Shown one piece after another: positions 12,824 to 24,240 of a DNA stretch of 64,000 nt. A program made the position numbers and the translations under genes. The notes under the pieces are model-generated. The model was not told the origin of the DNA and did no database searches. It worked only from the letters and a program-made list of their open reading frames with translations. This DNA is from Leucoraja erinacea (taxonomy: Eukaryota), in contig NC_073377.1 in NCBI RefSeq assembly GCF_028641065.1, positions 64,914,001 through 64,978,000 on the forward strand. The letters are read 5' to 3'. Every line of letters starts with the position of its first letter. Positions within the stretch are counted from its first letter, which is position 1.

Positions 12824-13304
12824 CATCCTTTTCCTCCAGAGATGCTGCCTGGACCGCTGAGTACTTTGTGCCTGACTTCGCTACATGCCAACATCTGTAG
12901 TTCATTTCCACACATCTCTGGATAGGTGACGTTTTGGGTCGGGGCCCTTCTTCAGAATTCAGATGCTGCCCGACCCACTGAGTTCCTCCAGCACTCTGTC
13001 TTTTTTTTTAAATAAACAAGCATCTGCAGTTCCTCCATGCTGGCTGATATTAAATGGTGGGAGCTATTTGGACTTTAGTCTTGGTCTCGCCTGATCTTCA
13101 GGTGCATTATCCCAATCCTTTTCTCGTGGTCGGTTCTCAAGGGAGTTTGCCATCGTATCTATTTCGTCCGTTACTACGGCTTTTGTTTTACTATTTATTG
13201 CGGCACATTGTGCGATGTCTTTAAAGCAGGTAAGTCATATATTTGAACCAGCTCTACTTGCCGACTTTATTTCTCCGGAAACACATTTCATTGACTGAAA
13301 CCCC

Positions 13305-13860
13305 ATTCAAACTATAAGCAGGAGTGGACGTTTTGGCCCCATGCGCTCCGCCATTCAATACCATCATGGTTGATATTTTACCTCACCGTCACTTTGGAGT
13401 GGGAGATTGCAACCTTCACGTGGTCCGACCTGTTTCAACGAATGCAATCAACCTGGCGTGCACAATCAAATAAGATCAAATAGAACAAGTTGTCCTTTAG
13501 GCTGGGCACGCCATACGCAAGAAGAAGAGATGTCACTTTCTTGTGCAAACGCGTTGTCCCTTAATTCCCTTAATATTTAAAGATATATCGATGTCTGCCT
13601 TGCATGAACTCAGCGACTAAACCTTCACAGCACTCTTGGATAAATAACTCCAACGTTTCACCACCATCTGAACGAAGAAATGTGTTCTCATCGCTCGAAG
13701 ACCAATTCCATACTTCTAGACCATGAATCTCGGCTCTAGAAAGTCCAACTCTGCGAAATAGCGTTTACCAATGAAGCGAGATGGGATCCCTTCTCTTAAA
13801 CTCCAGCTAGTACGGTCCAGTCCGTTTCATCTCTTCTCAGAGACAACCCACTCCCCCTTC
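13305..13860 (-). mobile_element. Degraded CR1 3' fragment interrupted by a short insertion
   Basis: Reverse complement of the CR1 3' UTR (aggagtggacg...ggcccc...ccgccattcaat...atcatgg) and ORF2 end. Confidence 0.55.
13396..13531 (+). mobile_element. Short retroposed insertion with AAG-rich tail and 8-bp target-site duplication
   Basis: Flanked by gtcacttt at 13388-13395 and 13532-13539; ends gccatacgcaagaagaaga (RTE-like tail). Confidence 0.6.
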
Positions 13861-14692
13861 CAATTCAATTTCAATTCAATTGTATTTGTCATATGCAGGT
13901 TAGCACAGGGTCAACGGTACAATGAAATATGTTTGACAAGACAACGGATCACCTCAGCAACAAGTATAAAATAAGATAAACATGACATTGGTAGGTAAAA
14001 GGACAATAATAAAATAATCAACATATATGATGTGAAGTGTGTTTATGAGTTCAGAAGCCTGATGGCCTGATGCTAAAAACTGTTCTTAAGTCTGGTGGTA
14101 CATGCAGCCATGCTCCTGTATCGTAGCCTGACTGTAACATGGAGAACAGTCTGTGTGTTGGGTAGCTGTGGTCCTTGATGATGCTGTGTGCCTTCCGCAG
14201 GCATCGCCGGTGGAAAATGTCCTGAATGGCCGGGAGACAGTTGCTAGTGATGTGCTGTGCCGCCTTCACCACTCTCTGTAGTGATTTGCAGCTGTGGGCA
14301 GAACAGTTCCTGTACCAGACTGTGATGCAGCCCGTCAGCAGACTGTCGATGGTGCAACTGTAGAAGTTTGGGAGGATACTGGCGTTCATGTCAAACTTCC
14401 CCAGTCTTCTCAGGAAAAAGGTCCGCTGGTGGGCTTTCTTTGTTATTGTGTCCATGTGCAGTGTGCAAGAGAGGACCTCAGTGATGTGCACACCAAGGAA
14501 CCTGAAGCTGCTGACCCTTTCAACCTCACCATCACCAATGTGGATGGGGAGGTGTCCACTCCCCTGCTGTCTCCTGTAGTCCACGATCATCTCTTTAGTT
14601 TTGCTGACATTGAGAGAAAGGCTATTTTCCAAGCACCATCTATTTAGTGCCCTTACCTCCTCTCTGCAGGCCGTCTCCACCTCATGATTCAA
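13860..14692 (-). mobile_element. Rex1/Babar-clade LINE, 5'-truncated
   Basis: ORF LSLNVSKTKEMIVDYRR...FLGVHITE...KKAHQRTFFLRRL...GCITVWY; tail gacaaataca(attga)n on the minus strand near 13860-13890. Confidence 0.85.
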
Positions 14693-14798
14693 TTTGGGAA
14701 CCCATCCATCGTAAATGCAATTACTAATATGCTCAAGATAGACACAAATCGCTGGAGTAACTCAGCGGGATAGACAGCATCTCCGGAGAGAAGGAATG

Positions 14799-14832
14799 GG
14801 TGACGTTTCAGGTCGAGACCCTTCTTCAGACT
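14799..14832 (-). ncRNA. Minimal type I hammerhead ribozyme motif
   Basis: Minus strand AGT-CTGAAGA-A-GGGTC-TC-GACCT-GAAA-CGTC-ACC. Confidence 0.65.
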
Positions 14833-17800
14833 CTAATATCCTCATGCTAATGCTATATGTATATATCTAAACTATTAATATACTCAGCTCCCACCCTCCA
14901 CGGCCGCCAGTCGTACACACACACACACATTGATGATCGAAATGCTAACCGTTTTCTGTAAAATGTGGTGCATTTTGTGCGAGAACATCAGAGGAAGTCA
15001 CAATTGTGATCATTCAGTGTACCAAGGGTGAGTTAAGAACATACCACACGTGACCTATCCAATGTTACCACGAATGGATTCGCTGCAGGTCTCTCGCGTT
15101 CACAATTCTACAGTTCCTCAGTTCCATTCCTCTCCAACAGTCAAGACTTCTGTTTTGATTCATTATTCACGCTTTGTCAGTGGTACTTGCAGGTAGCGTT
15201 CATTTTGTTGACAGTAAACTGGTCTGCTGCACATTGATTCGATCTTTGCGTCAGGATACTCCATGAGAATCCAAGTATGTGACCCCCAAATCTCCATCTA
15301 ACCAGCCCACAGTCCTCGCCCAATTTCTTACCGGACCGATAGAGTACCTGGTGACCTGGTCAGAAGGTAATAAAGACACGAGGATATTGATTTTTCTAAA
15401 TCAAAATACAAGGGGCTGGAGGAACTCGGCGGGTTAGGCAACATCTCAGGGGCACATAGATAAATGACATTTCGGGTCTACACCCTTCTTCAGACCCGAG
15501 TCCCGACCCGAAACGTCGTCTATCTATGAGATACAGAAATGTTGCCTGACCCACTGAGTTACTCCAGCACTTTTTATTTAACGAGAAATAAAACCGTCAA
15601 TTCTTATAAACGGTGATTTTAAGATGTGTTGCCTGTGGCGGGTCTTCAACGTTTTCCTAAACACGGCATTGTCCATTTCCCAATCGATTTATCTCGGAAA
15701 TTCACCCAATCTTTGGCACAGGGTAGGTTGCACGAACATATTGCCAGCTCTTTGAGCCGTTAGGATGCCTGTCATATTGTAGTTCAATCCTGCCTCACCT
15801 CTGCTATCTGATGTGACCGCGGTTTCAGGTATACCTGGACTGGAAGTTCCTGCGCATTTACCCAGTCCTACGTTCGTTGATGCCCATCCATGTCACGAAG
15901 CGCCTCCTGAGGACACTCCGGTCGTCCCAATGATCCAGAATATATTTTATTTCAGAAGTAAACTTTATTCACCATCAAAATACAGTATATACAAAACAAA
16001 AAGCATGCAGAATTGTAATATATTCTACTGCCTATACATTCAACCTCGCTAGCGTCACACACAGCAGTGTTATAAACACACCTCTGCACAAAAGGTCCAG
16101 AATGAAGTGTTACTAGATACCTCAGTATATTGAAAAACAACAGACTGACTACTATTCTGAGATCCGCTCAGACTGTAAACAAACTCGAGGGTCCAAAATG
16201 ATCTCTGTAGGTGAGTAGTGCCAATCAGAAATAGATAAGAAGAGCTAGACAACAGGAAAAGGCAGAAATTTATAGATGGTGTCCAGATAACGTTAGTTAA
16301 ATGAATAAACCGCGCAGATCAAACACTCTCAAAATGACCAATATTTGTAATAAACCTTGTACACGCCACATATTTAATGTCGGAATGAGTAGGCGAATCT
16401 AGTTTTAGTACACCCTGTTACATCATGAGCGTTTAATTTGAGCACATGGAGAGGCATTTGTTGCAGCCTGCCGTGTGTTTGCGAACGCTGTCCACAAAGC
16501 GCGGCTGGGTTAAGTGAGCAGCAACTGTGAAGCCGAGAGCGTCAGTAAGCGCCGATAAGACAAAGGCATCGCTGACCACTGCACATTTCAAGGGGACTAC
16601 AGAGGATATTCCTGCCTCCACAACAGTGACATTGTGACCTTCGCGCAAATCATTTGTCTAATCTGCAAAGTTCTAATGAAAGAATTGCGAGTGGAAGCCG
16701 ACTTCTCTCAGCGGTAATGATCACAATGTCTACGAACAGTTGCATCAACTTGGCAATGGCTTATTGTCTATCGGCGGTGATTTTTACGCGAACTGAAGTA
16801 ATTAATGGCTTTGCACAATGGGTGAATCCATTTAGAAATTATGTTTACTCTGGCGCTTTGCGGAGTCAAATCCTTCCAGAGAATGAGATGGAGCACCAGA
16901 CAGCTGATAAAGAGATGTGGATTATATCCCGTTGCAGCGTTAAAGAGAAGGCGCGTCGGATTCAAAGCTCTTTACAAGTCACAAATAACTACTCGCTATA
17001 TAAAAAAAAATGCTGGAGTCGTCGCATGCACTGAAGATGACCAATGTACAAATTGTATATATCACGAATTGAAATCCAGTCTTACTGAAATAGCACTGGA
17101 ATAGCAATCACTGAAATAGATTGTAAGGAAAACAGAATGAATGTGCTTAGTTTTATCTCAAACCCGACATTGTATGTCAGTGTTCTTTTCGTGTTCGTAC
17201 TTCTTCGTGTTGGTTTCATTGTGCTTATTCCATTCTCGTTTTTTTTTCTTCGATCCTTAAACGCCTGACTTTCACAATTCTTGGCTAATTAAACCCCCGC
17301 AGAGTCTGCCTGCCTGTCGTTGAATATCAGCTAAAATTATGAAGTTAAGCGGTCAAGGTTACACTGAGTAAACGACAGGTAAGTGCGTCGGGTCGTTGGA
17401 GCTCCGTTTACGTTGGATTCAGTTGTTCACGCTCACCCATCGCTGCAGAGCCCGCAGCTTGTTTGATTACCGCCAGCAGAGGACGCAAGAGTCCGGCTGA
17501 GGGGAGCGGCCAGCCGGCATAGTGGGGCGCTCACCATGCTGCGGGTCCAGTCCAAAAGCACCCCCACCCTTCCAAAAACAATGGAATGGCAATTTGAGCA
17601 GTAATGTTTTCCTCTCCAACAATTAAGCTATTTCATAACTATTTTGCATAGCGAGGGTGAATGATGTAAGTAACCAAACAATGTATGTAATTACTTACAA
17701 TCTAAAAAGAATATATGATTCTGTTCAATTCTGGTTGTTTGTTTGTTTGTCTTTTTGCACAAATTCCGCGAGCATTGCCACTTTTCATTTCACTGCACAT

Positions 17801-17879
17801 CTCGTATGTGTATGTGACGAATAAACTTGACTTGACTTGACTTGACTTGACTTGACTACACTGTGTTTGGCTTGAAACT

Positions 17880-20210
17880 ATTTTCTTACATGGCAAGGCA
17901 ATACGGGGAGAAAAGATGAACAAAAGTAATACGGGTGAAGATATGAAATGCAAAGGTAAGCTAGCCAATAATATGAAAGAGGATAGCAAGAGTTTCTTCA
18001 GTTACATAAAGAGTAAGAAAGAGGCAAGAGTGGAAGTTGGACGGCAGGAGAAGTGATGATGGGGAATAAAGAAATGGCAGAGGTTGAATACTTATTTGCA
18101 TCAGTCTTCACAGTGGAAGACTCCAGCAACGTGCCTAAAATTCAAAAGAGTCAGGGGTTGGAAGTTAGCGTAGTGGCTATTACTAGGGGAAAGGTGTTTG
18201 GGAAGCTGAAAGAGCTGAAGGTGGATAAGTCATCTGGACTGGATTGGACTGCACCCTAGGGTTCTCTGACCTGGGATGTCAGGACTGTCTTATGAAGAAA
18301 GACTGGATAGACTTGGTTTATACTCTCTAGAATTTAGAAGATTGAGAGGGGATCTTATAGAAACTTACAAAATTCTTAAGGGGTTGGACAGGCTAGATGT
18401 AGGAAGATTATTCCCGATGTTAGGGAAGTCCAGGACAAGGGGTCACAGCTTAAGGATAAGGGGGAAATCCTTTAAAACCGAGATGAGAAGAACTTTTTTC
18501 ACACAGAGAGTGGTGAAACTCTGGAACTCTCTGCCACAGAGGGTAGTTGAGGCCAGTTCATTGGCTATATTTAAGAGGGAGTTAGATGTGGCCCTTGTGG
18601 CTAAGGGGATCAGGGGGTATGGAGAGAAGGCAGGTACGGGATACTGAGTTGGATGATCAGCTATGATCATATTGAATGGCGGTGCAGGCTCGAAGGGCCG
18701 AATGGCCTACTCCTGCACCTAATTTCTATGTTTCTATGTTCTAAAAGAGATGGCTTCAGAGATTGTGGAGACATTGACAGTGATATTTCAAGAGTCACTA
18801 GAGGCAGGGGAGGTCCACGATGATTGGGAATATTACCCTGCTGCACAAAAAAGGAGCAAAGCAGAATAGTGGGAACTATAGGCCAGTTAGTCTGACTTCA
18901 TTATAAAAGATGTTACGGAGTAGTTAGAAATTCACGATAAAGTAGGCTGAAGTCAGGTCTTGCTTGACAAATTTGCTGGAATTATTTGAAGAAGTAAAGA
19001 GCAGGACGGACAAAGGAGAGTCAGTCGATGTTGTTTACTGAGATTTTCAGAAAAGCTATGATAAGGTGCTACACGTGAGGCTGCTAAGGAAGGTGAGTGC
19101 CCATGGTATTAAAGGGCAGATACTAGCATGGATAGTATGTTGGCTGGATCATAGAACACAAAGTGTGGCAATAAAGGGGAGTTTTTCTGGTTGGCTGCCA
19201 GTGACTAGTGGAGTTCCGCAGGGGTCGGTGCTGGGGCCGCGACTCTTCACATTGTATATTAATGATTTGGTCGAGGGTATTGAAGGCTTTGTGGCCAAGT
19301 TTGCAGATGATACGAAAATAGGTGGAAGGGCAGGTAGTGTAGATAAATCAGGGACTCTGCAGAAAGACTTGGACAGGTTGGTAGAGTGGGCAGAGAAGTG
19401 GCAATGTAGCAAAGTGTGGAATCATGCATTTTGGTAGCAAGGCATAGACTATTTTCGAAATGGGGAGAGAATCCAAAAATCGGAGGTGTAAAGGGAATAG
19501 TCTTTGGGGTGCTGGTGCAGAATACCCAAAACATTAATCTGCAAGTCGAATTGGTAGTAAAGAAAGCAAACTCAATGCTAGCATTTATTTCAAGAGGGCT
19601 TGTATACAAACACAGGGAAGTATTGCTGAGGCTCTATAAGGTGCTGTTATGGCCACATTTGGACGAATTTTGTGCAATTTTGAGTACCACATCTGAGGAA
19701 GGATGTGCTGGCTCTGGAGAGGGTTGAGAGGAGGTTTACAAGAATGATCCAAGGAATGAGAAGGTCAACATATCATGAGCGTTTGTCGTCAACGGGCCTG
19801 TACTCATTGGAGTTCAGAAGAATGAGAGAGGACCTCATTGAAACATACAGAATAGTGAAAGGTTTGGATAGAGTGGATGTGGAGAGGATGTTTCCACTAG
19901 TGGGAGAGGAATAGAGGTCACAGCCTCATAATTAAAGGACGTCATTTTAAGAAGGAGATGTCTTTAGTCAGAGGATGGTGAATCTGTGGATTTTTTTTGC
20001 CACTGAGGGCTGTAGATGCCAAGTCAGTGGATATTTTGAAGGCAGAGATAGATAGATTTTTGATTAGTACAGGTGTCAGAGGTTATGGGGAGAAGGCGGG
20101 AGAATGGGGTTAGGAGGGAGAGATAGATCAGCCATGATTGAATGGCAGAGTAGACTTGATGGGCCGAAATGCCTATTCCTACTCCTATCACTTATGACCT
20201 TGTGACCTTA
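17880..20210 (+). mobile_element. Old CR1 LINE ORF2 with a younger CR1 3' piece (about 18270-18740) nested inside
   Basis: RT motifs VTSGVPQGSVLGP and FADDTK. The host reading HPRV|LKEMA is split by the insert, which is nearly identical to 34220-34695. Confidence 0.9.
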
Positions 20211-21319
20211 TATTAAGCATCAAGCCTTACCATTGTTCAGTCAAATTTCCATTTTTGCCACTGCATCATGTTCCCACTTGACCATTCTTATTCACAACTC
20301 TCTGTGCACTCACATATACTTCCAAAATATCGATTTGTATTCTTGTCCTAATATCATCCTATCTAATATAATATTACTTTCTTTACTGATAACATCCAAC
20401 AGTGTCACTTCTTCACACATGTCATTCCTCCTTTCAACGTCTTCATGTTGATGCTTTTAACCTTCCAATTTAGTTTAAACCTCCCCAAGCATAATGGTGG
20501 ATCTTCCTGGTTGGACATCGTTCACTGTGGAATTCATACTGAAATACAATTCATACCTTTTAAATAGATGTGTCCTCTTCTAGAACCAGTTCCAATGCAG
20601 TAGAAAAGTAAAGTGACCCTCCTACATCAAGCCCCCAACCAAACATATGGCATTGGGTATATTCCTCAGAGACCCACTTTCTAACTGACTCCCTAGTTCT
20701 GAGTGCAGGACCTCATTTCTGCTCCTCCCTTTGTCACTGGTACCCACATCCCTTGCAATGAGTAATTGCAATTACTCTTCAACAGAAACAGGCATCAACC
20801 TCTTGTGCATTGTTAAGTTTTTTATTTGCAGTTGTTGGTCATGATGTACCTCTTTATGTTAAAAAATATACTCTTTTCCACCGACTTTAAATTAATTCCA
20901 CAAATGCATGTTTACTTTTGGCAGGATATTATTCTTCAGAAGTTGAACACACACCTTCTCCTTGAACTATAGCATCCTAGGATTCCAGTGCGATATGGAA
21001 ATCTGATAGATTTTCTTAATTGGTACGAAAATGCATTGATGATTTTTTTCGGTTCTGCCGATCTAAAACTTGTGAAGTGATGATAACTTCAATGTTCCCC
21101 TGGAGTCACAGGTGCATTTCATCCTGTGATCATTTGCCAAAGATTTGATGGAATCCCTGTTGGAGCAGATTGCATGGTGACCTCAAGCAGTTCCTTATTA
21201 TTGCTTATAAATGCAACTAGTGCAGTATATATAATATCTATGTTTCATACCGAGCATGCCACAAATAATCGTCTTCGTCTGATAGCTAGCAAAAGGAATG
21301 GGATTACATCTTGATTCCC

Positions 21320-21520
21320 TCAGACAGCACAGAAACAGGCCCTTCAGCCCAACTTGTCCACAATGACAAAGCTGCCCCATGTAGTCCCAGTTGCCCATGA
21401 ATGGCCCATATCCTCCAAACCTTTCCTATCCACATACCTATCTGAGTATTATTTAAATGCTGTTTTACTATCTGTCTCAGCTACCTCTGGCAGCTTGTTC
21501 CATTTACCCACCTTTTCAGA
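21320..21520 (-). mobile_element. CR1 3' fragment
   Basis: cagcacagaaacaggcccttcagccc is the reverse of the CR1/HE1 tail. Confidence 0.65.
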
Positions 21521-22929
21521 GCTACCCCTTTAGAAGTTGCCACCAATCATTTTCTTAACAGTATTAAATATTGATTTCAATATTACAAATGTTGCAATTA
21601 AGGCAAATAGGATATTCCGAGGATATTCATATATTATGTAATTAATAAGTTAGAGCTCCACTCTATGTAGAAAGGCAATGGGTCAAGGAATTGGCAGGCC
21701 AACAACGAAACAGGAGACAGTTAAAGTATAGGACACAGTTGAGTAATGAGAAGGAAGAAACAGAGCAGGCTAAGAAGTAATGTGTGGCCATGACATCATA
21801 AACAAGATAAACAAGTTGAAGTGTCAGATTAAGCATGACAGGCTCAATGGAGGTAGGCTAAAGCTGCAACTGTGAGTTGAATTTTTGACAATGAGCTGAT
21901 TGAAGAAGGATATGGATTGTCAAAATTTCTGCTGATCATTCTATAAGTTTGAAGGAGGAATTACGGTAAGCCCACTGAATAACATAGTTCACCACTATAT
22001 GATATAGTGGTGAACAATAAGAGGAACAATATCACAATGGCAGCAGATAGTTGCTCTTGTTGAGTGAACAAGCAATAGGCATGGATCAAAATTTTATTCC
22101 TAGGGAGTTAGTTACGTTCTCAAAGGAAGGTGAGAGATGAACCAGAAGATGAACAGGTTCCTGAGAATTTAATCAAAACACAAGATTAAGTTGGGAGAGA
22201 GTAATTAAACAATTGCGGACAAAATTATTACCAAGCATCTTAAGGTATTTACTATTATTGAAGAAAAGGTTTTGATCCCATCACAAGGCTCAACGACATT
22301 CCTCTATTAAAGTTATAGAACGCATAGTGACTTCTTTGACAGCAGCTCCTTCCTCAACAACATTTGCCATTCAGAGAGGCAAGGCTGTGATATCAATGGA
22401 AAATGATCATCTTTAAACAAAGATACAAACTGCTGGACTAACTCAGTGGGTCAGGCAGCATCCCTAGAGAAAATGGATCGGTAACGTTTCGGGTTAAGCC
22501 ATAAAATATAGTTGATCTCAATAATGGAATGTAACTTTCAATGTCTGAAAATAGAAAGAAACTGTGTGCTGTAGCATTTATACAAGTTTTGCTTCAGTAT
22601 GAAGGGGCTTTTGTTGCATTTACAAGAGAATTGAACCTCGTTTACAATGACTCCCAATTACAAAGTGAGTGAATTAGAAAGAATGCATGAGTAATTACTC
22701 ATGATTTTCAATTATTAACATCTGGTAACTTGGAGGAGTCACTAGACATAGTAATTTTCCATCCAAACTTCAGGAATGCCTAAAAATCAATGATCTAACA
22801 GGTGAGATGGGTTCCCAGTTAAATAAGCAACGGATGTAGCATGACCTAAATGCTATGTACGTTTTAGCTGACTAATCTCCAGCCGTGTATTTGCACTCAC
22901 TTTCATTTTCTTGCAGTTTGGCTATTGTA

Positions 22930-23170
22930 ACATAGAATCATAGAAAATAGGTGCAGGAGTAGGCCATTCGGCCCTTCGAGCCTATGCCGCCATTCAATAT
23001 GATCATGGCTGATCATCCAACTCAGTATCCTGTACCTGCTTTCTCTCCATACCCCCTGATCCCTTTAGCCACAAGGACCACATCTAACTCCCTCTTAAAT
23101 ATAGCCAATGAACTTGCCTCAACTACATTCTGTGGCAGAGAATTCCAGAGATTCACCACTCTCTGTGTAA
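22930..23170 (-). mobile_element. CR1 3' end running into an assembly gap
   Basis: catagaaaataggtgcaggagtaggccattcggcccttcgag is the reverse complement of the 18660-18740 tail. Confidence 0.85.
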
Positions 23171-23175
23171 CCTAT

Positions 23176-23355
23176 NNNNNNNNNNNNNNNNNNNNNNNNN
23201 NNNNNNNNNNNNNNNNNNNNNNNNNNNNNNNNNNNNNNNNNNNNNNNNNNNNNNNNNNNNNNNNNNNNNNNNNNNNNNNNNNNNNNNNNNNNNNNNNNNN
23301 NNNNNNNNNNNNNNNNNNNNNNNNNNNNNNNNNNNNNNNNNNNNNNNNNNNNNNN
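23176..23355. other. Assembly gap (N run)
   Basis: Ns in the sequence. Confidence 1.
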
Positions 23356-24164
23356 TCTACCTGCTGTCTGTTATTTCTATCTTTTTTTAAATTTTCAGTT
23401 AGTCTAAAGTCTTGTGTTGGGGGAAACTTTAACTTTTCTATGCGGGGGAGGGGGGCAGGATAAGGGGGAAACCGTTTTCCAGTCTCTTCCTGGCGGAGAC
23501 GCGACTATTTCTCCAAGTCGCGTCCTCGTCCCCCACCTCACGGCCTACCAGCTGGATCGGAGCGGCCTTTCCTGCCGGGGACCGGGAACCGGACCAGGGC
23601 TGCTACAGCGGCGGAGCAGCGCTGGAGTCACTGCGGAGTGGGCGACGCCTACCTGGGTCGCCGTTTGGAGCCCCAGAGTGTTGAGCCGCTGCTCCAACAT
23701 CGTGAAGCTCTGGTGCGGAGAGCTTCCAACGCGGGCGGCGCTGACCATCATCGTGGAGTCCTGGGACACCTTGCAGAGGGTCTACAGCTGCAGTCTCCAC
23801 CCGTCACAGCCTGCGGACTTTGGAAGCCACCGACTCCGGTAGGAGGGGGTCGACTCTGGTGTCCACGCCACGAGGACGTCCCGCAGCCCCAACGTCGGAC
23901 TTACAACACCTCGGCGAGCGGTCCTGAACATCGGGCCGCACGTAGCGGCAACTGCGGAGGGCTTGGGGAGGCCCTGACCATGGGGAATAGTGGAGGAAGA
24001 GACTGACTTTGGTGCCTTCCCACACAGTGGGAAACTTTGATTCTGCTGTGTTGGGATGTTTTATGTCAAATTCTATAGTGTGTTGTGTCCCTTTTTTATG
24101 ATATGGCTGTATGGGAATTTCATTTCACTGTGCCATCTGGCACATGTAATGAATAAATCTGTCT

Positions 24165-24240
<76 letters not shown>
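23356..24240 (+). mobile_element. GC-rich non-autonomous retroelement (SINE-like) with Rex/Babar-type tail and (CTAT)n
   Basis: Homologous to 43130-43695 (minus). 3' end atttcactgtgccatctggcacatgtaatgaataaa followed by a (tcta)n microsatellite. Confidence 0.65.

Noticed and set aside
16433-17104. ORFs with faint likeness to homeodomain helix 3, PRDM8 motifs (QSAR, KRRR) or kinase ALMSEL
   Set aside because: Matches are 3-5 residues, on different strands and frames and out of order; indistinguishable from chance.
20926-21021. Plus-strand segment with acceptor and donor encoding YGNLIDFL (kinase-like)
   Set aside because: Stops in all three frames and no neighbouring kinase subdomains.
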